Source of the DNA: a virus
Reading direction: 5' to 3' (one strand)
Virus record (IMG/VR): IMGVR_UViG_3300028627_000407
Coordinates: 1 to 20,842 of that record
Length of the DNA: 20,842 bases
Shown: piece after piece, positions 1 through 6,922 of the stretch
Numbering within the stretch: the stretch's first letter is position 1
Layout: each line of letters opens with the position of its first letter
Made by a program: the position numbers and the translations under genes
Notes under the pieces: model-generated
Told to the model about the DNA's origin: nothing
Databases searched by the model: none
What the model saw: only the letters and a program-made list of their open reading frames with translations

Positions 1-273
1 GTGGAATACAAATGCAAACAGATCCTGCTCTAAGGACACTTGGCACGACGGGACGTTGACGTTGTAATCAGGTGACGGGCCAGAGTCATTTGAGATTGTC
101 TTGACATCGATCCTCTTGCCGCATACCTTGAAGTCACAGTTTGAATAAGGGCCAAGAGATAGCCTGACATTAAGATCTTTCCTCAAGCAGTGGACCAGGA
201 ACTCCTCCTCTCCCTCTGCCCCATTCTCCCTTGAAGATTCCATGGGCTCAAAGATTGTTGGAACTGCCCTCAT
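1..273 (-). CDS. PD-(D/E)XK-superfamily nuclease, 3' end outside the window (not in ORF track)
   Basis: Manual translation: MRAVPTIFEPMESSRENGAEGEEEFLVHCLRKDLNVRLSLGPYSNCDFKVCGKRIDVKTISNDSGPSPDYNVNVPSCQVSLEQDLFAFVFH... is open to position 1. It has a G-x-x-G-E helix, then CD-F...ID-V-K. The ATG (273-271) overlaps the upstream TGA (272-270) as ATGA. Confidence 0.75.
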   Translation of the reverse strand, partial: MRAVPTIFEPMESSRENGAEGEEEFLVHCLRKDLNVRLSLGPYSNCDFKVCGKRIDVKTISNDSGPSPDYNVNVPSCQVSLEQDLFAFVFH

Positions 274-1112
274 GCGTTTTCCTCGAAAGGGGGTGAACTG
301 CCTTCTGCCTTTTCATATGAAAAGTTTGAGTAGGGCCCGGTGTTCAGGCTAAGATCGCCGTTCTTTGTTATCTTGGCATCGATGTTGTAAAACAAGACAA
401 GAGAGCCTATGAGATCAGTTCTTTTGAGCTGTGCCTTTGTCGATAGGAACTTCCCAGGTATCAGCTTCCCGCTCTTCTTTGAGGTGAAGGGCTTTGTGTC
501 GTGGCAGTTGACCCATATCTTGTCCTTGCCATCAGTTATCTCAATGCCAGTAGTCCTTAGCCTTATGGCGCCCTCATTCTCCCTTGAGTTTGAAACCCTG
601 TTCACTGTTGCATTCAGAAAAACAATTCTTCCCTCGTCATTGATCTTTGAAAGAAGGCTATCAAGAGAAACACAGTCTGGCCTTATCTTTGGCTTAGACT
701 TGAAACTTGACATGGGGAGCGGCTCTCCGTCCCTCCAGCCGTAGGCATATGCCAAAAGCATGGCCGCCTCTTCAGGTGATTCGTTCTTGGAGAACTTCAT
801 CTGAAGTTCAAGCTTCCTATCAAGCCAGTCCGGCTCGTTCTTGTGATTTATGGCTGCGTACTGGCAAAGATACGTTGATGCGTCCTCAAAAAGTTCATCC
901 TTATCCTCTTTATTTTCTTTCGGCTTTGAGAAATTCTCTAGCGTCGTGTCAACGCCCTTAGGTTTGTTAAAAGCCTCATAATACAACAGAAGCCTTGCCC
1001 CTCCGGGACTAACATTCTTTTCGTCACTCTTTCTTTTTACAAGCTCAGCGAACTCCTCTTCAGTTACGCCGAGCTTTTCAATCAGCTCTTTTTTCTTTTC
1101 ATCTGACAGCAA
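270..1112 (-). CDS. Divergent RPA/SSB-like protein: two helical N-terminal repeats plus an OB-fold
   Basis: TTG start with GGAGGT SD 7 nt upstream (1120-1125). LGVTEEEFAELV...ARLLL and ...SPEEAAMLLAYAYG resemble the helical cap of euryarchaeal RPA. VFLNATVNRVS...GIEITDGKDKIWVNCHD resembles OB-fold strands (V-x-G-x-V...I-x-D-x-T-G-x-I-x-V). Acidic C-terminal tail (PPFEENA), as in many SSBs. Confidence 0.55.
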   Translation of the reverse strand: MLSDEKKKELIEKLGVTEEEFAELVKRKSDEKNVSPGGARLLLYYEAFNKPKGVDTTLENFSKPKENKEDKDELFEDASTYLCQYAAINHKNEPDWLDRKLELQMKFSKNESPEEAAMLLAYAYGWRDGEPLPMSSFKSKPKIRPDCVSLDSLLSKINDEGRIVFLNATVNRVSNSRENEGAIRLRTTGIEITDGKDKIWVNCHDTKPFTSKKSGKLIPGKFLSTKAQLKRTDLIGSLVLFYNIDAKITKNGDLSLNTGPYSNFSYEKAEGSSPPFEENA

Positions 1113-1206
1113 ACTCCAGACCTCCTGGATTGGCGGAGCGGCATAGGTGGGTGATGGTACCTATGGACGTTTTGGGGCCACGCCATCTTGCCGCTCTTTC
1201 GCCCTA

Positions 1207-1232
1207 TAAATACGTCATATATGACGTATTTA
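1207..1232. promoter_or_regulatory. Perfect 26-bp palindrome (candidate operator) overlapping a TATA-like box
   Basis: TAAATACGTCATATATGACGTATTTA is its own reverse complement. It overlaps TATAAA/TTTATA at 1205-1210, upstream of the leftward operon. Confidence 0.75.
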
Positions 1233-1300
1233 CATACCAAAAGATAGGCATTTGAGTAAAAGATTTTCGATAGGTATATTGTATTTTCGAACATATGTAA

Positions 1301-1315
1301 CGAAATTTTTATATA
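1301..1315 (+). promoter_or_regulatory. Archaeal BRE-TATA promoter of the RHH gene
   Basis: CGAAATT-TTTATATA matches the cRnaANt-TTTAWAtr consensus. ATG lies 30 nt downstream, implying a near-leaderless mRNA. Confidence 0.7.
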
Positions 1316-1344
1316 TCAGGCGGCAGATTATCTATAGTGGGCCT

Positions 1345-1539
1345 ATGGCAAAAGAGCATCAGGGGGCAAGCCTCCCAAAAGAGCTATTGAGAAGAATTGA
1401 CTATATAGTCAAAGAAACTGATCTTGGCTACACCTCAAGGGCGGACTTTGTAAAAGAGTCCGTTAGGCAGAAGCTTGATGAGGTGGAAAGAAAACTTTTA
1501 GAATTAGAGAAACTAAAAAAAGAGCTAAAGGAAAGATAA
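1345..1539 (+). CDS. Ribbon-helix-helix (CopG/Arc/MetJ-type) regulator with C-terminal coiled coil, 64 aa
   Basis: MAKEHQGASLPKELLRRIDYIVKETDLGYTSRADFVKESVRQKL matches the RHH pattern (S-L-P-x-E-L...ID...GY-x-SR-x-D/E-F-V/I-x-E-x-V/I-R). Start moved from 1252 to ATG 1345 because of the promoter position. Confidence 0.85.
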   Translation: MAKEHQGASLPKELLRRIDYIVKETDLGYTSRADFVKESVRQKLDEVERKLLELEKLKKELKER

Positions 1540-1549
1540 ATAAAAAATA

Positions 1550-1831
1550 TTATACTTCGGCATCTTTTAGCTTATCAATTAGGACATCCTCTACCGTTGT
1601 TATGAACGCCTCCTTACTTTCGCATTTCTCTGCTATCTTCAAAACTACCGCCATGCTCTTGACGTAGTTCCTGTGGTACCCTCTTACCTTCTCGCCGAAG
1701 ACACTCTTTTGAGCCCTTAATATCTCGCTCTTTAGCTTATCTCGTAACTCGTCCATTGTGCCGGAGTTATCGGCGATATTTAGCGCCACGGAAGGCGCAT
1801 CGATTCCTCCATAATTCCAGTTGCTTGTCAT
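1550..1831 (-). CDS. Hypothetical 93-aa helical protein
   Basis: ATG start, protein-like composition, TATTATAC about 25 nt upstream, and a T6 run after the stop (1542-1547 on the minus strand). No family recognised. Confidence 0.6.
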   Translation of the reverse strand: MTSNWNYGGIDAPSVALNIADNSGTMDELRDKLKSEILRAQKSVFGEKVRGYHRNYVKSMAVVLKIAEKCESKEAFITTVEDVLIDKLKDAEV

Positions 1832-1958
1832 CTAACTAACTTGGAGAAATGGGTATAATACGATTGGCTAAGGGCATTTTTGTATTTTTTTCTGGCCTTA
1901 ATATAAGGGCCAAATATCCCAAGATAAATATTTATACCTAGATCATAAACAGCTGCTG

Positions 1959-2147
1959 ATGGATGAAGCTACAATGAGTGAACTAAGGGAGTTTTTTAGA
2001 AGTGTGCATGGAAGGACAGAAGATCCAAATAGCAAAAATCCATTAACTAAAGAAGAAATGGATAAATTAGCAAAGTTACGGATATCTGGAGTAATGGATG
2101 AATATATGGAGCAAGTAATGGAAAATGCAAAGAAATCAAAAAATTAG
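1959..2147 (+). CDS. Small hypothetical protein (62 aa), probably extended to 2224 (88 aa) by a -1 shift or an A-run indel
   Basis: TTTATA at 1931-1936 lies about 25 nt upstream. The ORF ends in A AAA AAT TAG, and the -1 frame (2144-2224) encodes a second copy of its C-terminal motif. Confidence 0.6.
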   Translation: MDEATMSELREFFRSVHGRTEDPNSKNPLTKEEMDKLAKLRISGVMDEYMEQVMENAKKSKN

Positions 2148-2326
2148 CACAATTAAGATCACCCGGGATATTAGACGAGTGGATGGAAGAGAATGCTGAA
2201 AAGGAATTTGATAGAAGGAAATAATTTACTCAAATAATTCAAAGTATAAAATCAAATTATACAAAATCCAACTTCATTTAACAAATCACTTTAAACATTT
2301 TTACCTCTTTTTATCGAGGTAGCTGT

Positions 2327-2584
2327 ATGAAATATAATTTTCCAATAAAATCCAAAGAATTTTTTAGCCGCAATATTTTAGAAGCTGATGTAGGATCTAA
2401 CTGCCCATGTGGAGGAGATGGTGGACACGGCGGAAAGACTTACCTAAAGATAACAGATGGAAGGAACACTGGATGGAATATCAAGGTAAAAGATCTTGAA
2501 GAGGGGAGTATTTTTTCATTATTCTATGGAGATACAATTAATGTAGAAAGCTATTTATATATATCTTGTTTCTTTTCATCATGA
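2327..2584 (+). CDS. Hypothetical protein with a GGDGGHGGKTY motif, possibly C-terminally truncated
   Basis: GAGGT SD at 2316-2320. NILEADVGSNCPCGGDGGHGGKTYLKITD recalls, from memory only, a small uncharacterised mobile-element family (NILEVEAGTTG..GGDSGHGGRTYFRI). The last ~13 codons are the promoter of the next gene. Confidence 0.5.
   Translation: MKYNFPIKSKEFFSRNILEADVGSNCPCGGDGGHGGKTYLKITDGRNTGWNIKVKDLEEGSIFSLFYGDTINVESYLYISCFFSS
2545..2561 (+). promoter_or_regulatory. BRE-TATA promoter of the membrane-protein gene
   Basis: AGAAAGCTA-TTTATATA, with ATG at 2581 about 20 nt downstream. Confidence 0.55.
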
Positions 2585-3444
2585 AGAAAAGCCAAGTTAC
2601 TAAATTGATAGCGTATGCATTTATCATTTTATTTGGATTCGGTGCTAGCTTATATTATAATTATGACTCACTTGTTGTATCTAAAACCGAAATTAGCGAA
2701 GATTTAGGCAATACATTGAACTTAGATATGGTAAAGGTAACAGATACGCACCGATATAACAATCCTGATAATCCATATGAGATCTACGAAAAAATACAAA
2801 ATCAAAAAGAATATATTCTGGTACCAGATTATAAAGTCAAGATTAATTTCTCAGAGCCTGCAATTGAGAATAATATAATTTTATTTAGATTTGATATAAA
2901 GGATGAAGGAATTCAAAAATTAAACGAAGAAACGTATTTCTATCGTGTATATGTAGTTCAAAAAGATGAAAATGTCGAATATGCTTTCCCCGATAATCCT
3001 TATTATAGTTATGAAAAATGGGATTATCAAGAAAAATATAGGAATAACAAAAAAATTAATACTGTAGCATATCAAAAAGAAAAGTACTTTTTTCCCAGAG
3101 AAACCTTACTTAATTTAGAGGGAGAATACTTTGATTCGACTCAAAATAAATACTTGGAAAGTAAAATCTACCTTAGTTTTGATGCTCTTGAAGCTGGAAC
3201 ATGGGATGTCTATGTATTTGTTTTTGATGAGAAGTATTATGTAAGAGGAACAGAAACTGAGTTAGACAAAAAATATAGTAATTACTGTGTCGGTTATAAT
3301 AAATTGTCCATTACTTACACTGGAATTGAGGAGCCTCCAAAAAAGACTCAAGATAAAACTCGGCCAGTTGTAGAATTTTTAGGATTATGGGCGGCTATAA
3401 GTTTCCCCTTATATGGATTTTTTAAATGGAGAAACCTACTTTAA
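2581..3444 (+). CDS. Membrane protein: N-terminal signal/TM helix, Tyr-rich extracellular beta domain, C-terminal TM anchor
   Basis: MKKSQVTKLIAYAFIILFGFGASLYY (basic then hydrophobic) and C-terminal PVVEFLGLWAAISFPLYGFFKWR. Start placed at ATG 2581 from the promoter position. Confidence 0.75.
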   Translation: MKKSQVTKLIAYAFIILFGFGASLYYNYDSLVVSKTEISEDLGNTLNLDMVKVTDTHRYNNPDNPYEIYEKIQNQKEYILVPDYKVKINFSEPAIENNIILFRFDIKDEGIQKLNEETYFYRVYVVQKDENVEYAFPDNPYYSYEKWDYQEKYRNNKKINTVAYQKEKYFFPRETLLNLEGEYFDSTQNKYLESKIYLSFDALEAGTWDVYVFVFDEKYYVRGTETELDKKYSNYCVGYNKLSITYTGIEEPPKKTQDKTRPVVEFLGLWAAISFPLYGFFKWRNLL

Positions 3445-3460
3445 TTTTATTTAAATTCTC

Positions 3461-3922
3461 TTATACTTCAAACTTCGGAAAACGTTCTAGATTCGCTCTA
3501 ATCTCTTTCAATCTTTTTAATATATCAAGCACTAATCCATTCTCAATTGAACGGGCTAGATATCCCTCGCATATCCTATCTCCCGCTAAAATAGTTTTGA
3601 ATATCACTCTGATGTCTTGGATACTAGCTTCTGACAAAGGAATCACTCTATTAATTAATCTAAATATATCGCCCCTATCTTTGGTCTTGCCATAATGGGT
3701 GGTAAAATTTTCCTTATACAAAACATATAAAAAATCGGAGACTTTTTCTGAATAGTCATAATATGGAACATGGTAAATTCCTTGTTTAATTTCTCTTGGC
3801 GGCACAAGAATATAGAAAACGTTGGCCTTATCTTCAAAGTAGGGTATAAATTCAAGCACCTTATCTATATTCTCCTTTGTTATTTGAGCGGATTCTTCTT
3901 TAGGTGGCATTGTAATCTTCAT
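3461..3922 (-). CDS. DUF6508-like protein
   Basis: EASIQDIRVIFKTILAGDRICEGYLARSIENGLVLDILKRLKEI matches my recollection of the DUF6508 C-terminal pattern (A-x-L-x-x-I/L-R...DRFCEG-x-L...E-x-G...IL-x-RL). The start could be ATG 3910. Confidence 0.6.
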   Translation of the reverse strand: MKITMPPKEESAQITKENIDKVLEFIPYFEDKANVFYILVPPREIKQGIYHVPYYDYSEKVSDFLYVLYKENFTTHYGKTKDRGDIFRLINRVIPLSEASIQDIRVIFKTILAGDRICEGYLARSIENGLVLDILKRLKEIRANLERFPKFEV

Positions 3923-3998
3923 AAGATTACTTTATTAGTTTTTAATATTATTTGGAAAAGAAATATTTTTCCCTATTTTCCCTATTTTTTTCCATATT

Positions 3999-4010
3999 CT
4001 TATATATAAG
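3999..4010. promoter_or_regulatory. Palindromic, possibly bidirectional TATA element between the DUF6508-like gene and the defence operon
   Basis: CTTATATATAAG, preceded by TTCCCTATT repeats at 3969, 3978 and (degenerate) 3990. Confidence 0.45.
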
Positions 4011-4066
4011 GGAATACCATACAGTACAATCCTTAGGTTATTATTTTACAACTAGAGCGTGAAAAG

Positions 4067-6922
4067 ATGGACCCCGTGCTTGCAGAAATAGTTGAATTGT
4101 ATCCTTCATTAAATAAAGAACAACAAAAATCCATTACTACAACAGAGGGGCCCCTATTACTTATTGCGGGCCCAGGTACTGGAAAAACTTTAGTTTTAGT
4201 TCTAAGAACACTTTACTTAATTAAAACTGGAAAAGCATTACCCTCAGAAATAGTATTGACAACATTCACTGAAAAGGCTGCCTTTGAATTAAGGGACAGA
4301 GTTAGCCAGATTTCAAGAAAACTAAAAATGAAAGAATCCCTGCATGAACTAAAGATAGGCACGATTCATAGTATATGTGAGAGATTTATTTCTAAAAACT
4401 TATTCTACACTAATTTAAAAAATAATTATATTACTCTTGATGATTTGACTCAATATTTGTTTATCTATGAGCATTTTGGAGATATAGTTGGTGGGGCCAG
4501 AAACAATCTTTATCTTGGAAAGTGGAAGACTAAATCGTCAACTATAAAGGCCATTATACCATTCATTAATAAAATAACTGAGGAGCTGATTGATCCTGAT
4601 CAATTATTAAATTCAAATGATAATTTTGTTAGGGACTTGGGCCTCGCATACAAACAATATAGAAAGCTCTTATTTGAGAATAACAGAATAGACTTTTCCC
4701 ACCTACAGACCGTTTTCTTAGATCTATTAAAAAATGAAACAGTTGGTCCAAAAATAAAGGATAAGATAAAATACATTATGGTCGATGAGTATCAGGACAC
4801 AAACTATGCGCAAGAACAGATAATATTGACATGGGGAAAACCAAATAATAATATTTGTGTCGTTGGAGATGAAGATCAATCTCTTTATAGATTTAGAGGG
4901 GCAACTATTAGGAACATAATTGAATTTCCTTCTCATTTTAAAAATTGTGAAGAGATCCCGCTTCTTACAAACTATAGGTCACATAACAAGATAATTGAAC
5001 GATACAATCGTTTTATGCAAGCCGTAGATTGGGCCGATAAGGATGGAAGATTTTATAGATTTATGGACAAAGAGGTTGTACCTCCCAAAAATACAATATT
5101 TCCAGATTACCCCGCAGTTTTTTCTATATGGGGGAGGAATGAATCTGACGAGGGCCAAAGAGTAGCAGAGATGGTAAAATATCTAAAAGATAAGAATGTT
5201 ATAACAGACTATAGAGATGTGGCACTAATATTAAAAAGTGTCCGAATTGAATCAAGTTGTCAGTACACAGATGCCTTTGATAGATTAGGGATTCCATATT
5301 TTAATCCAAGAGCCAAAGCCTATTTTGAAAATGATGAGATAAAGATGATGTTGGCATGCTTTGCTATGGTATTTGAGTTCATGGGGGAGCATTTAGAAAA
5401 TTATCCTTACCGAAATTATATTTATCAAGGATTTGAATTATTGAAGGATTACATTAAAAGCCCGTTATCTGAGTACATCCAAAGGCGAAATGACCAGATA
5501 AAATCCCTTAATGAAGGCCAAACACTTGATTTATCTATAGGTGATTATTTCTATCAGCTTCTTGCGTACAAGCCGTTTTCTAAATTTTTAAAAGAAGAAA
5601 ACAAGGCTAGAAATTTATCAATATTTTCTTCATTATTACGAAAATTCCAGCAATATTATCATTTTAATATTGTAACTTTCAAAAATAAAGAATTTATCAA
5701 GTTTTATCTATTCGGGAGTTTCTTTAGGTTCTTAATCGATGGTGGCATCGACGAATACGAGGATCCAGACAACCCTTTTCCAAAAGGCCATGTACAGGTG
5801 ATGACAATCCATCAATCAAAAGGATTAGATTTTCCTGTAATTATAGTAGGATCTTTAGCAAGAGGATTTAATACCCAAAAACAGATTGATAGAACTCTAG
5901 GTAGTTTTTATGAAAGAGGATTATTTGAACCTGAGAAGAGAATTACAGATTTTGATAGGGCAAGACATTTCTATGTAGCATTTTCAAGAGCCCAAAAATT
6001 ACTTGTCCTAACTACAACTGATACTCCCCATAGATCATTTGCTCCAATATGGGAAGGTCTTGATCAGTGGCCCCACGTTAAGAGAGAATTACTTACTGCC
6101 CAAAGATTCTCTCCTAAGGATCAATATATACCAAAAAGAACCTTTAGTCTTACTTCAGATATAAACATCTATGAAACTTGCCCTAGACAGTATCAGATGT
6201 ATAAAGAATATAAATTTGAGCCGTCTAGAGTAGGAAGTGTTCTTTTCGGTAGTCTAGTGCACCAGACGATAGAAGATATTCATAGATTTGTTTTAGAGGA
6301 TAGATTGGGCGAGATAACGCCGACTTTAATAGAAGATCTTTACAACGAGAACTACAAAGGATTAATTGCAACTGGGTTAAGACCACTTGCACAAACTCCA
6401 AAAGAAGCTGGCCTCAAACAGGTGCTAACTTACTTTAATCAAAACAAAGATCTAATGGATAGGGTTATTGAAACAGAAGTAGATGTTTCTGTTGAAAAAG
6501 ATAGATATATAATACTTGGAAAAATAGATCTTCTTTTAGGAGAAGACGATAAGGTAGAAATACTAGACTTTAAGACCCAACCAAAACCAAATCTCGATGA
6601 TCCCTTAATTGAAAGATACAAGAGGCAACTATCCTTATATGGGTATATTGTCAATCAAAGATATGGATTTCATCCTGAACGTCTATTGCTATACTGGACG
6701 AGTGAAGAGATAAGAGAAAATGCTTTGATGGAGTTTTCATACAGTAAAGATTATGTAGATGAAGTTGGAAAACACTTTGATTATATTTCAACTTGCATTA
6801 TGGAAAAAAGGTTTGACATGGCTAATCCACCCGATATTTCAAAAATATGTAAAGAGTGTGATTTTAGAACATACTGCTCTAAGGAAGGGGTAATAAATTT
6901 CAAAAGTGAGGATATTGTATGA
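4067..6922 (+). CDS. UvrD/PcrA-type SF1 helicase fused to an AddB/Cas4-like PD-(D/E)XK nuclease with a 4-Cys Fe-S signature
   Basis: Helicase motifs AGPGTGKT, MVDEYQD, VGDEDQSLYRFRGA, TNYRS, MTIHQSKGLDFP and FYVAFSRA. Nuclease motif GKIDLL...ILDFKT. One Cys (YETCPRQY) plus C-x2-C-x5-C (CKECDFRTYC). Confidence 0.93.
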   Translation: MDPVLAEIVELYPSLNKEQQKSITTTEGPLLLIAGPGTGKTLVLVLRTLYLIKTGKALPSEIVLTTFTEKAAFELRDRVSQISRKLKMKESLHELKIGTIHSICERFISKNLFYTNLKNNYITLDDLTQYLFIYEHFGDIVGGARNNLYLGKWKTKSSTIKAIIPFINKITEELIDPDQLLNSNDNFVRDLGLAYKQYRKLLFENNRIDFSHLQTVFLDLLKNETVGPKIKDKIKYIMVDEYQDTNYAQEQIILTWGKPNNNICVVGDEDQSLYRFRGATIRNIIEFPSHFKNCEEIPLLTNYRSHNKIIERYNRFMQAVDWADKDGRFYRFMDKEVVPPKNTIFPDYPAVFSIWGRNESDEGQRVAEMVKYLKDKNVITDYRDVALILKSVRIESSCQYTDAFDRLGIPYFNPRAKAYFENDEIKMMLACFAMVFEFMGEHLENYPYRNYIYQGFELLKDYIKSPLSEYIQRRNDQIKSLNEGQTLDLSIGDYFYQLLAYKPFSKFLKEENKARNLSIFSSLLRKFQQYYHFNIVTFKNKEFIKFYLFGSFFRFLIDGGIDEYEDPDNPFPKGHVQVMTIHQSKGLDFPVIIVGSLARGFNTQKQIDRTLGSFYERGLFEPEKRITDFDRARHFYVAFSRAQKLLVLTTTDTPHRSFAPIWEGLDQWPHVKRELLTAQRFSPKDQYIPKRTFSLTSDINIYETCPRQYQMYKEYKFEPSRVGSVLFGSLVHQTIEDIHRFVLEDRLGEITPTLIEDLYNENYKGLIATGLRPLAQTPKEAGLKQVLTYFNQNKDLMDRVIETEVDVSVEKDRYIILGKIDLLLGEDDKVEILDFKTQPKPNLDDPLIERYKRQLSLYGYIVNQRYGFHPERLLLYWTSEEIRENALMEFSYSKDYVDEVGKHFDYISTCIMEKRFDMANPPDISKICKECDFRTYCSKEGVINFKSEDIV

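Noticed and set aside
1082-1294. 70-aa minus-strand ORF across the control region
   Set aside because: It spans the operator and promoters, overlaps the RPA-like start out of frame, and has no recognisable motif.
1252-1344. Longer N-terminus of the RHH ORF given by the track
   Set aside because: It runs through the BRE-TATA at 1301-1315; ATG 1345 gives a typical RHH length.
4067-6922. Calling the helicase a Gabija GajB or housekeeping UvrD, or the nuclease a CRISPR Cas4
   Set aside because: No GajA/OLD nuclease, cas genes or array nearby; the nuclease fusion and coupling to mod/res point to a different role.
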